A stretch of DNA of 64,000 nt, taken from contig OY762911.1 of NCBI GenBank assembly GCA_963666565.1, positions 1,344,001 to 1,408,000 of the forward strand, given 5' to 3'. A program made the position numbers and the translations under genes. The stretch's first letter is position 1. Every line of letters starts with the position of its first letter. Shown here in pieces: positions 40,443 to 54,061 of the stretch. The DNA comes from Thermoanaerobaculia bacterium. Its GTDB lineage: Bacteria > Acidobacteriota > Thermoanaerobaculia > Multivoradales > Multivoraceae. The notes below the pieces were generated by a model that was given only the letters and a program-made list of their open reading frames with translations, was not told the DNA's origin and did no database searches.

Positions 40443-40751
40443 ATGATGCGGTTCCCCGAAACGGTCGAACGTCTACTCTGGGAGTACGACCTCGAAGCGC
40501 TGAGGGCGGCGCCCGAGTTGCCCGAGGTCGTGATCGAGCGCGTGATGGCACGCGGCGGCTGGGAGCCGATGCGCTGGCTGCTGTCGACATGCAGTCCGGA
40601 ACGGCGACGGCGTTTCCTGGAGGAACGCGGCTGGAAGGTGCTGCCGCCCCGGGAGCTCAGTTTCTGGGCTTTTGCCAGTTCCGTCTCTGAGGAACGGACG
40701 GCCGAGTGGGTGCGAGAGGCGCGCAAGCGCGAAGCCGCGTGGCGGGGATGA
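40443..40751 (+). CDS. small antitoxin-like partner of AbiEii nucleotidyltransferase (DUF6922-like)
   Basis: LLWEYD, VIERVMARG, FW; ATGA coupling. Confidence 0.65.
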   Translation: MMRFPETVERLLWEYDLEALRAAPELPEVVIERVMARGGWEPMRWLLSTCSPERRRRFLEERGWKVLPPRELSFWAFASSVSEERTAEWVREARKREAAWRG

Positions 40752-41404
40752 GTTCGCTTGACTGGGAGGCTCTGGAGCCGAACGCGCGCGAGGCCTTCGC
40801 CGCCGTCTCGCTGGCGTTGGCCGGGGGCGACTTCTACCTGGCGGGGGGAACCGCACTTGCCCTCATGGAGGGGCATCGAGTTTCGGTGGACCTGGATGTC
40901 TTCGCCGAGCGGCTGCGGAGCACTGAGGACGTGCTGGGCCGTCTACGCGCCCAGATCCCGGAGTTTTCGGTCACGTCGGTGAGCGCGGGCACGGTCTACG
41001 TCGAGATCCTGGGGGTTCAGGTTTCGGTGATCGAGTACAGGTATCCGCTTCTCGGTCCTACCGTGTCCTCTGGTGCTGACGGCCTGGAACTGGCAAGCCG
41101 AGACGACATCGCGGCGATGAAGCTCTCGGCGATCGCGAATCGCGGCAGCCGGAAGGACTTCGTCGACCTCTGGATCCTGTTGAGTCGCCATCGGTCTCTG
41201 GCGGAGTACCTGGGGATCTACCTGAAGAAGTTCGAAGTACGGGACGCGGGCCACGTCGTTCGCAGTCTCGTTCACTTCGACGACGCGGAACGCGATCCGC
41301 CGCTTCGTCTCCTGATCGATCTCGACTGGCAGGAGCTCAAGACCGACTTCCGGTCGCACGTTGAGAGTCTGCTGGAGGATTGCCGAACCGCCAAGCGGGA
41401 CTGA
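40748..41404 (+). CDS. AbiEii/AbiGii-family nucleotidyltransferase toxin
   Basis: FYLAGGTALAL..GHRVSVDLD, IAAMKLSAIANRGSRKDFVDL. Confidence 0.85.
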   Translation: MSSLDWEALEPNAREAFAAVSLALAGGDFYLAGGTALALMEGHRVSVDLDVFAERLRSTEDVLGRLRAQIPEFSVTSVSAGTVYVEILGVQVSVIEYRYPLLGPTVSSGADGLELASRDDIAAMKLSAIANRGSRKDFVDLWILLSRHRSLAEYLGIYLKKFEVRDAGHVVRSLVHFDDAERDPPLRLLIDLDWQELKTDFRSHVESLLEDCRTAKRD

Positions 41405-41489
41405 CGCAACGAGCCCGCCGGAGGCTTCGAGGATGCGCCGGCGGACCAGCCTCGCGGGTGATCCTGTTGCGATGTCCGCCACCCCCGGG

Positions 41490-42914
41490 TCACGGCCTCA
41501 CGTTGGGCGCCGCTTCAAGGGGCCCGAAGTCCGTGCCGAGCACTCGGTCCGCATGGCGGTAGGCCTGCGCCGCGTGCGGCGCCGCGGAGGCGCCGGGTTC
41601 GTTGCGGTCCGGGTTCAGCGAGAACCGCAGGAAGCCGCCCATCGGGCCCGGCCCGAACCGGATCGTGATCGCGGCGTCTTCGCCGGCTTCAGCCTCGCGG
41701 TAGTCGTCGCCGTCCCGCACCAGGGCGATCTTGCCGGCGCCGGCGAGCGGGAGGGGCGTCGTCCGGCCGCCGCCACAGACGCGGTTGGCGTCGGCCGTCT
41801 CGACCACCGCGCGTTCGAGCAGGTCCGGCCGGTAGTCGAGCGGCTCGCCTTCGGAGATGGCCATGCAGAGCGGAACGAGCGGAAAGTCGCCGAGCGCCAG
41901 GGCCAGCGTGGCGATGCCCGCGCCGGGGCGCGGGTTGAGTTCCGTCGGCAGGAACCCTTCCTCGGTCAGGACGCCGTCGATCGAGAAGGCGCCGCGATAG
42001 TCGATCCGTTCGCGGAGCGCCGCGCCGACGCGGCGGGCGAGTCGGCGCATGGTCTCGCGGTCGTCCGGCCTCGGGTCGAACCAGGTCGAGCAGCCGACAT
42101 AGAAGAAGCGGTCGCCCGTCGTGGGACGGAGGACGAGCATCTCGACCGGCCGCAAAGCCGCCACCGCGTCCGGGAACACGATGCCGTGAATGCTCGCCGG
42201 GATTCCCTCCAGGAACGGCATGACGCGCACCCGGTCGGCGGACCGGGCGAGAGACGCCGCCGCCTCGCTTCCGTCGTCGCCGGGGCGTACCCAGCGCAGG
42301 CCCTCGCCGCCGCCGTTGGGACCGTCGCGGCTGTCCGCCGCCCAGACGGTGCCGTGGCCGCGGTCCACGGCGTCGGCGGCGGCGCGGAGCGCTCCGAGCT
42401 CCGCCGGGACGACCCGGGACGGCGCTCGCGGCACGCCGGCCGCGTCCCAGAAGGCGTCGATCACGATCTTGTCTTCGAGGGCGATCCACTCGGGCTGCCG
42501 CGGGGCGTAGGCGGCCCGGCCGGCCACCGGCTGGGGCTCGGCGATCGGGTCCGTGTGGAGGGTCCGCGCCGAGCCGTCCGGATCCCAGGCGTCGACCGCG
42601 TCCTGCACCGCGGACGGCAGGTCGGCCAGGGCACGGTGGACGGTGCGGTTGTAGTCCAGAGGGTCCGTCCCGCGGAGGTCGAGTACTTCCAGGGCCGCTT
42701 CGTCCTCGGTCGGCGGCGCGCCGGTTCCCAGGCTGCCGGCGATCAGGAAGGGCCGCGCCGCGCCCAGGGAGCGGAGTTCGCGCGCCACGCGCCCGAGCAC
42801 CGGGGCGACGTTGCCGGGCAGCAGCAACTTCCGGCCTTCGAAGACGGGCCGCAGCAGTTGCCTGTAGTACGCGGTGGCTTCTTCCAGAAGCGGTGAAGTC
42901 GGCGTGTCGCTCAC
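41490..42914 (-). CDS. ATP-grasp-like protein of unknown function
   Basis: LEDK, VMPFLEG, FSIDG, TELNPR. Confidence 0.6.
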   Translation of the reverse strand: MSDTPTSPLLEEATAYYRQLLRPVFEGRKLLLPGNVAPVLGRVARELRSLGAARPFLIAGSLGTGAPPTEDEAALEVLDLRGTDPLDYNRTVHRALADLPSAVQDAVDAWDPDGSARTLHTDPIAEPQPVAGRAAYAPRQPEWIALEDKIVIDAFWDAAGVPRAPSRVVPAELGALRAAADAVDRGHGTVWAADSRDGPNGGGEGLRWVRPGDDGSEAAASLARSADRVRVMPFLEGIPASIHGIVFPDAVAALRPVEMLVLRPTTGDRFFYVGCSTWFDPRPDDRETMRRLARRVGAALRERIDYRGAFSIDGVLTEEGFLPTELNPRPGAGIATLALALGDFPLVPLCMAISEGEPLDYRPDLLERAVVETADANRVCGGGRTTPLPLAGAGKIALVRDGDDYREAEAGEDAAITIRFGPGPMGGFLRFSLNPDRNEPGASAAPHAAQAYRHADRVLGTDFGPLEAAPNVRP

Positions 42915-42991
42915 GGTGAGATGTCCGTGTTGCCGGAGTCCGCCGCCGGGCGCTATCTTCGACGGATCGTGCCCTTCTACCCTATCCGCAG

Positions 42992-44341
42992 GTGACTCGG
43001 CAGCCCGCCAGCGCCGGCCTGTTCGACGACGCCGCGGCGACGAGCGCCGTTTCTGCGGCCGCGCCGCTCGCCGAGCGGATGCGCCCGGCCTCGTTCGACG
43101 AGTTCGTCGGCCAGGAGCACATCCTCGCCGAAGACAAGGTCCTGCGCCGGTCCATCGACGCGGACCGGGTGCCGTCGCTCCTGTTCTGGGGACCGCCCGG
43201 GTCCGGCAAGACGACCCTCGCGCGGCTGATCGCCACCGTCACGCGCGCCCACTTCGAGCCGGTCAGCGCCGTCTCGGCCGGCGTGGCGGACCTGCGCCGC
43301 GCCGTCAAGGGCGCCGGGGATCTCCGCTCCCTCTACGGCCGCCCGACGATCCTGTTCGTCGACGAGATCCACCGCTTCAACAAAGGTCAGCAGGACGTCA
43401 TCCTGCCGCACGTCGAGGACGGCACGATCACCTTCATCGGCGCGACGACGGAAAATCCGTCCTTCGAGGTCAACGCGCCGCTTCTCTCGCGCTGCCGCGT
43501 GTTCACGCTGCACGCCCTGGACGAGGACGCCATGACGGGAATCGTCCGGCGGGCGCTGGAGGACGAAGAGCGGGGTCTCGGCCTGCTGGCCCCGGAACTG
43601 GAGGAAGACGCGTTGGCGCACCTCGTCAACATCGCGAACGGCGACGCCCGCGTGGCGCTGAACGCCCTGGAGATGGCCGTCGTCACCGCCGAGCCGGGGG
43701 AGGACGGCGTGCGCCGGATCGGCGTCGAGGCGATATCGGACGCTTTGCAGCGACGCACGCCCCAGTACGACAAGGCCGGCGACAGCCACTACGACACGAT
43801 CTCGGCCTTCATCAAGTCCGTGCGCGGCTCCTCGCCCGACGGCGCCCTCTACTGGCTCGCCCGAATGCTGGAGGCCGGCGAGGACCCGCTGTTCATCGCC
43901 CGCCGGCTGGTCATCCTGGCCGCCGAGGACATCGGACTCGCCAACCCGGGGGCCCTGCCGGTCGCCGTCGCGGCCCAGCAGGCCGTCCACTTCATCGGAC
44001 TGCCCGAGGGCCGCATCCCTCTGGCCGAGGCGACGGTGTACCTGGCGACGTCGGCGAAGAGCAACGCCGCCTACGTGGCGCTGGGCCGCGCGACGGAGGA
44101 CGTGCGGAACGCGCCTCACGAACCGGTGCCGCTGCACCTGCGTAACGCGGTCACGGGCCTCATGCGCGGCATGGGCTACGGCAAGGGTTACAAGTACGGC
44201 CACGACTTCGAGGGCCACTTCGAGAAGCAGGAGTACCTGCCGCCCGGCCTGTCGGGCCGCCGTTACTACGAGCCGTCGGACCAGGGCGCCGAGGCCAGGA
44301 TCGCCGAACGCCTGCGTAGCTGGTGGGGCGACGACGACTGA
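42992..44341 (+). CDS. rarA: replication-associated recombination protein A
   Basis: PLAERMRP, GPPGSGKTT, DEIHRFNK, GATTENPSF, SAFIKSVRGS, VPLHLRNA. Confidence 0.95.
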   Translation: MTRQPASAGLFDDAAATSAVSAAAPLAERMRPASFDEFVGQEHILAEDKVLRRSIDADRVPSLLFWGPPGSGKTTLARLIATVTRAHFEPVSAVSAGVADLRRAVKGAGDLRSLYGRPTILFVDEIHRFNKGQQDVILPHVEDGTITFIGATTENPSFEVNAPLLSRCRVFTLHALDEDAMTGIVRRALEDEERGLGLLAPELEEDALAHLVNIANGDARVALNALEMAVVTAEPGEDGVRRIGVEAISDALQRRTPQYDKAGDSHYDTISAFIKSVRGSSPDGALYWLARMLEAGEDPLFIARRLVILAAEDIGLANPGALPVAVAAQQAVHFIGLPEGRIPLAEATVYLATSAKSNAAYVALGRATEDVRNAPHEPVPLHLRNAVTGLMRGMGYGKGYKYGHDFEGHFEKQEYLPPGLSGRRYYEPSDQGAEARIAERLRSWWGDDD

Positions 44342-44523
44342 CCGCACCAGCCGGAGCGGCCGCTGAAGGCGGCTGATCGTTCAGGGAGACCGTTGGAGGA
44401 TCTGGCCTGGTCTCGGGCCTGGGCAAGCTGTGCAGAATCTGCACAGGTTCGGTGGGGAACGCGCCGGCGAGCCGCCCGCCGGGTCGGGGACTTGTATTCT
44501 GCGCCGTGGGCGGAACGCAGCGT

Positions 44524-46110
<1,587 letters not shown>

Positions 46111-46132
46111 GCCCAAGACAGGCCCGCTGCCC

Positions 46133-46561
46133 ATGATTGGCGCCGATACGACCTTCTTCAGGGAGTGTCTGGACCGGCTGGAGAGCTACTGCCGATTTCT
46201 GGACCGCGACCGCGAAGATGAAACCGACCGCCGATTCGGGCGGGAGATGTGCATCGAGCGGTTCGAGGTCGCTCTCGAACAGAGCGGCAAGCTGCTGAAG
46301 AAGACGTTGCGCCCGTGGTTCCCAAGCAACCGCGCGGTCGACCGACTGACGTTCCGGGACGCGTTCCGGCACGCGGCCAAGCACGGCCTGATCGACATCG
46401 AGGCGGCGGAGCGCTGGCTGACCTACCGTGACAGCCTGAACGGCACGGGCGATCCCGACGGCGACGACCCCGTCGTAATGGCGGCCGTCCAGCGGATGCC
46501 GGCCTTCGTCGCCGACGCCCGGGCGCTGGCCTCGATCATCGACCAGGCGCCCGATGACTGA
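46133..46561 (+). CDS. HEPN-fold nucleotidyltransferase substrate-binding protein (HI0074-like), degenerate RxxxxH
   Basis: [38 protein letters not shown]; alternative GTG start at 46097. Confidence 0.75.
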   Translation: MIGADTTFFRECLDRLESYCRFLDRDREDETDRRFGREMCIERFEVALEQSGKLLKKTLRPWFPSNRAVDRLTFRDAFRHAAKHGLIDIEAAERWLTYRDSLNGTGDPDGDDPVVMAAVQRMPAFVADARALASIIDQAPDD

Positions 46562-48122
46562 ACATCTCCACCTGCTTCCGCGCCACCGGGCGCAACTCGA
46601 AGCCCTCTTGAGCCAGCATCTCCCCGGCGTGGAGGTGTGGGCCTACGGCAGCCGCGTGAAGGGCCAGAGCCACGACGGCAGCGACCTGGATCTCGTGCTG
46701 CGGGGCTCCGGATTGCAGGAGATCGACCTCGATGCGCTCGCCGACTTCAGTCACGCGCTGCACGATTCGACGATTCCGTTCCTGGTCGAGGCCCGGGACT
46801 GGGCGCGGCTGCCGGAGCGGTTTCATCGGGAGATCGAGCGGGAGTATGTGGTGGTCAGAGAACCGACCAAGCATCGACCGGAACCCGCGGAGTGGCTGGA
46901 ACGCACTTGGGGCGATCTGGCGACGCTTGAGTACGGCAAGTCTCTTCGGGGCTACCGAGAAGGCACCGGTACCTGTCGGGTCTTCGGAACCAACGGGCCA
47001 ATCGGTTGGCATACCGACGCACTTGCCGACGGCCCAGGCGTGGTGATCGGCAGAAAGGGCGCCTATCGCGGAGTTCACTACTCGCCTGAGCCGTTCTTCG
47101 TAATTGATACCGCCTTCTACCTGAAGCCCAAGACGGACGATGACTTCGAGATGCGGTGGGCCTACTACGAGCTTCTTTCGCAGGACATCAATGGCCTGGA
47201 CAGCGGTTCGGCGATTCCGTCAACCAGCAGGGACTCCTTCTACTCGATGCCGGTGCAACTGCCGCCACCCCGCGACCAGCGCGCCATCGCCCACATCCTC
47301 GGCACGCTGGACGACAAGATCGAGCTGAACCGACGGATGAACGAGACGCTGGAGGCGATGGTGCGGGCGCTGTTCAAGTCCTGGTTCATCGACTTCGACC
47401 CGGTTCGCGCGAAGATCGAGGGTTGGGACACCGGATTGCCGCAAGACATCGCCGCCCTGTTCCCTGATCGGCTCGCGGACTCCGAGATCGGCGAGATACC
47501 CGAGGGGTGGGCGGTCGCAGGACTTGCCGAGTTGATTGAAATCAATCCGAGACGAGTGTTACGGCGAGGGGAAGTCGCTCCGTATCTCCCCATGGCGACC
47601 ATGCCGACTCGCGGACATGTGCCGACTTCGGTTGATCGTCGACCCTTCGGCTCGGGCATGCGCTTCGCGAACGGTGACACGCTGGTGGCTCGCATCACTC
47701 CATGTCTGGAGAACGGAAAAACAGCCTACGTCGATTTCTTGAGACAAGGTGAGGTTGGCTGGGGCTCTACGGAGTACATCGTCTTGAAGCCGAAACCGCC
47801 TCTTCCTGACCAGTTCGCCTACTGTCTTGCGCGCAGTGCAGCGTTCCGGGAGTTCGCGATCCGGAACATGAGCGGTACGAGCGGGCGTCAGCGGGTATCG
47901 GCAGCCGCGGTGAGCGGGCTCCTGACGGTCTCTCCTCCGGTGCGGCTCGTGGCCGTGTTAGGAGAGGTCATTGAGCCACTCTTCAAGCGAGCCAGTAGGG
48001 CTGCTCGTGAGTCGCGCCTGCTCTCGGCTCTCCGCGACACCCTCCTCCCCAAGCTCATCTCGGGCGAGATCCGCGTGCCGGACGCGGAATCGCTCGCCTC
48101 AGCGGCCCTTTCGGTGCAATGA
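46554..48122 (+). CDS. hsdS: MNT nucleotidyltransferase fused to type I R-M specificity subunit
   Basis: N-terminal VWAYGSRVKG..SDLDLV; then TRD1, QRAIAHILGTLDDKIELNRRMNETLE, EIPEGW, TRD2, LRDTLLPKLISGE. Confidence 0.9.
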   Translation: MTEHLHLLPRHRAQLEALLSQHLPGVEVWAYGSRVKGQSHDGSDLDLVLRGSGLQEIDLDALADFSHALHDSTIPFLVEARDWARLPERFHREIEREYVVVREPTKHRPEPAEWLERTWGDLATLEYGKSLRGYREGTGTCRVFGTNGPIGWHTDALADGPGVVIGRKGAYRGVHYSPEPFFVIDTAFYLKPKTDDDFEMRWAYYELLSQDINGLDSGSAIPSTSRDSFYSMPVQLPPPRDQRAIAHILGTLDDKIELNRRMNETLEAMVRALFKSWFIDFDPVRAKIEGWDTGLPQDIAALFPDRLADSEIGEIPEGWAVAGLAELIEINPRRVLRRGEVAPYLPMATMPTRGHVPTSVDRRPFGSGMRFANGDTLVARITPCLENGKTAYVDFLRQGEVGWGSTEYIVLKPKPPLPDQFAYCLARSAAFREFAIRNMSGTSGRQRVSAAAVSGLLTVSPPVRLVAVLGEVIEPLFKRASRAARESRLLSALRDTLLPKLISGEIRVPDAESLASAALSVQ

Positions 48123-48602
48123 GCGAGAAGATGAGCCAGGCGACAGACCACGGCGAGGCAGTGCCGGGCGGCGGGCTCGTCGTCTACGAGGCCGCGGAGG
48201 GCGGGCTCGAACGGGCCGCAACTACCGAGAATTCCTCGGTGGTTCGATCCGAGGCCGCGGGTTCGACGCTGGGTTCTCGGGCGACGAGTCGGAGCAGGCG
48301 GCAACTGCGAAGGATCTCTTCGTAGTTCGATCCGAGAGAGTCCTTGGGTTCGACGTGCGGTGACCCACTACAACCTCGACGCGATCATCTCGGTCGGCTA
48401 CCGGGTGAGCTCGAGGCGTGCGGTCCGCTTCCGCCAGTCGGCGACCCGCACGCTCCGGGAGCACTTGGTGAGCGGCTACACCCTCAACCAGCGACGGCTG
48501 GCCGAGCGCGGACTGCGGGAGGCCCGAGAGACGCTCGACCTGCTTGCCCGGACCCTGCGCGGCCGGGTGCTGACCTTGGAGGTGGACGAGGTGACATACT
48601 GA
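48119..48602 (+). pseudogene. RhuM/virulence-family protein remnant
   Basis: LVVYE.., duplicated AT....VVRSE segment, HYNLDAIISVGYRVSS..RFRQ.AT..LREHL.GYTLN; broken frames. Confidence 0.7.
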
Positions 48603-48635
48603 CTTCGCTCGAGGTGAGCTGCAACCGGAGGCGAC

Positions 48636-48821
48636 ATGGACCATACCTACTTCGTGGAGATCTCCTGGGACGAGGAGGCAGGCGTGTGGCACGTGTCGGA
48701 TACGGACTTCCCCGGCTTGGTCGCCGAGGCGGCATCGGAACGCGACTTGGTGGAGAAGATCCGAGCACTCCTGCCGGAACTGTACGATCTCAACCGGAGT
48801 TTCTTCGATGATCGGCGCTGA
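48636..48821 (+). CDS. DUF1902 / HicB-like small protein
   Basis: WDEEAGVW...DFPGLVAEA..ERDLVEKI..LLPEL; GGAGG RBS. Confidence 0.7.
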   Translation: MDHTYFVEISWDEEAGVWHVSDTDFPGLVAEAASERDLVEKIRALLPELYDLNRSFFDDRR

Positions 48822-48866
48822 AGCGACTCCGATGCAGATGACGGCGAACAGGCTGGAGGCGATCCC

Positions 48867-50090
48867 GTGAAGGCGCCAGTACCACCCCGCGTCACGTGGC
48901 TGAAGGTGAGGAACTACAGGGCGCTGCGAGATGTGACGCTCTCGAACCTGACTCCGCTGACCGTGCTGCTGGGCCCGAACGGGAGCGGCAAGTCAACGGT
49001 CTTCGATGTCTTCGCCTTCCTGTCGGAGTGCTTCTCGGAGGGCATTCGCCGGCCGTGGGACCGACGTGGTCGGTTCCGTGAGCTAAGGAGTCGAGACCGC
49101 GGCGGTCCGATCATGATCGAGTTGAAGTACCGCGAGCGTCCCAAGACTCCGCTCATCACGTACCACCTGGAAATCGACGAGGAAAGGGGCCGTCCCGTCG
49201 TTACCCACGAGTGGTTGCGGTGGACACGCGGAAGCGGTGCCGGGCGGCCGTTCAACTTCATGGAGTACCGGCTCGGAGAAGGCGTAGTCATCACCGGGGA
49301 GGCGCCGGAGAGAAACGACAAACGGGTGCCCCGCAGCCTCGCGGGGCCCGATGTGCTGGCTGTCAGCACTCTCGGCATGCTGGCCGAGAATCCGCGGGTG
49401 ATCGCACTTCGCGACTTCGTGACGAGTTGGCATCTCTCCTACCTTTCTGCAGATGCCGCCAGAGGCAACCCGGAGGCGGGCGGGGAGGAGAGGCTGTCGC
49501 CGACGGGTGACAACTTGGCGAACGTTGTGCAGCACCTGAAGGAGGAGCATCCGGATCGCCTGGAGGAGGTGTTCGGGATCTTGCGTCGTCGCGTGCCCCG
49601 GATCGAAGAGGTCCAGGCCGAGAGCATGGCGGATGGACGACTCCTGCTTCGGCTCAAGGATGCGCCATTCGCAACGCCGGTGCTGTCTCGGTTCGCCTCT
49701 GACGGCACCCTGAAGATGTTGGCGTACCTGACGCTTCTCTACGATCCCGACCCGCCCAGACTGATCGGCATCGAAGAGCCGGAGAACTTCCTTCACCCTC
49801 GCCTCCTGCCGGAACTGGGCGAAGAGTGCCGCGCCGCTTCGGCTCGCACACAGTTGCTGATCACGACCCACTCGCCGTTCTTTCTGGACGCCCTGAGACC
49901 TCAGGAAGTGCGGGTGCTCTGGCGGGACGGAGACGGCTACACGCGTACCGAGTTGCTCTCGAAGATCAGGGGTGTCACGGAGTTCGTGAGGGAGGGCGCG
50001 AGACTCGGCGATCTCTGGATGGAAGGACACTTCGGCGTCGGGGACCCGTTGGTCAACGAGGGCGCCGCGGTCGGCGGGAGAAGCAGGTGA
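48867..50090 (+). CDS. ABC/AAA_21-type ATPase
   Basis: [36 protein letters not shown]. Confidence 0.9.
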   Translation: MKAPVPPRVTWLKVRNYRALRDVTLSNLTPLTVLLGPNGSGKSTVFDVFAFLSECFSEGIRRPWDRRGRFRELRSRDRGGPIMIELKYRERPKTPLITYHLEIDEERGRPVVTHEWLRWTRGSGAGRPFNFMEYRLGEGVVITGEAPERNDKRVPRSLAGPDVLAVSTLGMLAENPRVIALRDFVTSWHLSYLSADAARGNPEAGGEERLSPTGDNLANVVQHLKEEHPDRLEEVFGILRRRVPRIEEVQAESMADGRLLLRLKDAPFATPVLSRFASDGTLKMLAYLTLLYDPDPPRLIGIEEPENFLHPRLLPELGEECRAASARTQLLITTHSPFFLDALRPQEVRVLWRDGDGYTRTELLSKIRGVTEFVREGARLGDLWMEGHFGVGDPLVNEGAAVGGRSR

Positions 50091-50710
50091 CGGAGACGAG
50101 CGTGCGTCACTTCGAGTTTCTGGTCGAGGAACCGTCGATGGAAGCGTTCCTCCGTGTGCTGCTTCCACGTCTGCTGCCGCACGACCGTACGTTCCACGTT
50201 CACGCTTTCGGAGGCAAGCCTGATCTTCGGCGCAAGCTCGACGAACGCTTGCGCGGCTACTCAAAGTGGCTGCCGACGGACTGGCGAGTTGTCGTGATGG
50301 TGGACCGCGACGAGGACGATTGCCTGGTCCTCAAGGCAGAGATGGAAGCAGCGGCGGCAGCCGCGGGCCTCCGTACTCGAAGCGCGGTGTCGGCAGCGTC
50401 TTGGCAGGTGGCGAACCGCGTCGTGGTTGAGGAACTGGAGGCGTGGTTCTTCGGCGACTGGCGGGCGGTTCGCGGTGCGTACCCGCGTGTAGCGGCAAGT
50501 ACGCCGAAACAGAGGCGCTATCGCGACCCGGACTTGATCGTGGGTACCTGGGAGGCATTCGAGCGTATTCTGAGAGGGCATGGCTACTTCGTCACTGGCT
50601 TGCGCAAGACGGAGGCGGCGCGTGCCGTTGCCGCTTACATGGAGCCCTCGGTCAATCGGTCGCATAGTTTTTGCGTCTTCAGAGATCTGATTCTGGAGGC
50701 TGTGGCCTGA
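50087..50710 (+). CDS. DUF4276 family protein (TOPRIM-like)
   Basis: [37 protein letters not shown]; GTGA coupling to the ATPase. Confidence 0.75.
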   Translation: MTETSVRHFEFLVEEPSMEAFLRVLLPRLLPHDRTFHVHAFGGKPDLRRKLDERLRGYSKWLPTDWRVVVMVDRDEDDCLVLKAEMEAAAAAAGLRTRSAVSAASWQVANRVVVEELEAWFFGDWRAVRGAYPRVAASTPKQRRYRDPDLIVGTWEAFERILRGHGYFVTGLRKTEAARAVAAYMEPSVNRSHSFCVFRDLILEAVA

Positions 50711-50744
50711 CCGAGCCGCTTGTCCGGGTGGAATCGTTGGGCGC

Positions 50745-53918
<3,174 letters not shown>

Positions 53919-54061
53919 ACCCGGCGGCACCTGTACTTCGACCACTTTCCGATGATGTGCGAGTTTGAGTGAGGCGGAGTGGCTGTTCGCCATCGTCCAG
54001 CCAGGCCGGGAGCCTCCCCCTCGGGGCCCCGGACTGGCGGGTGCCGCCACCCGCCGCCGCG

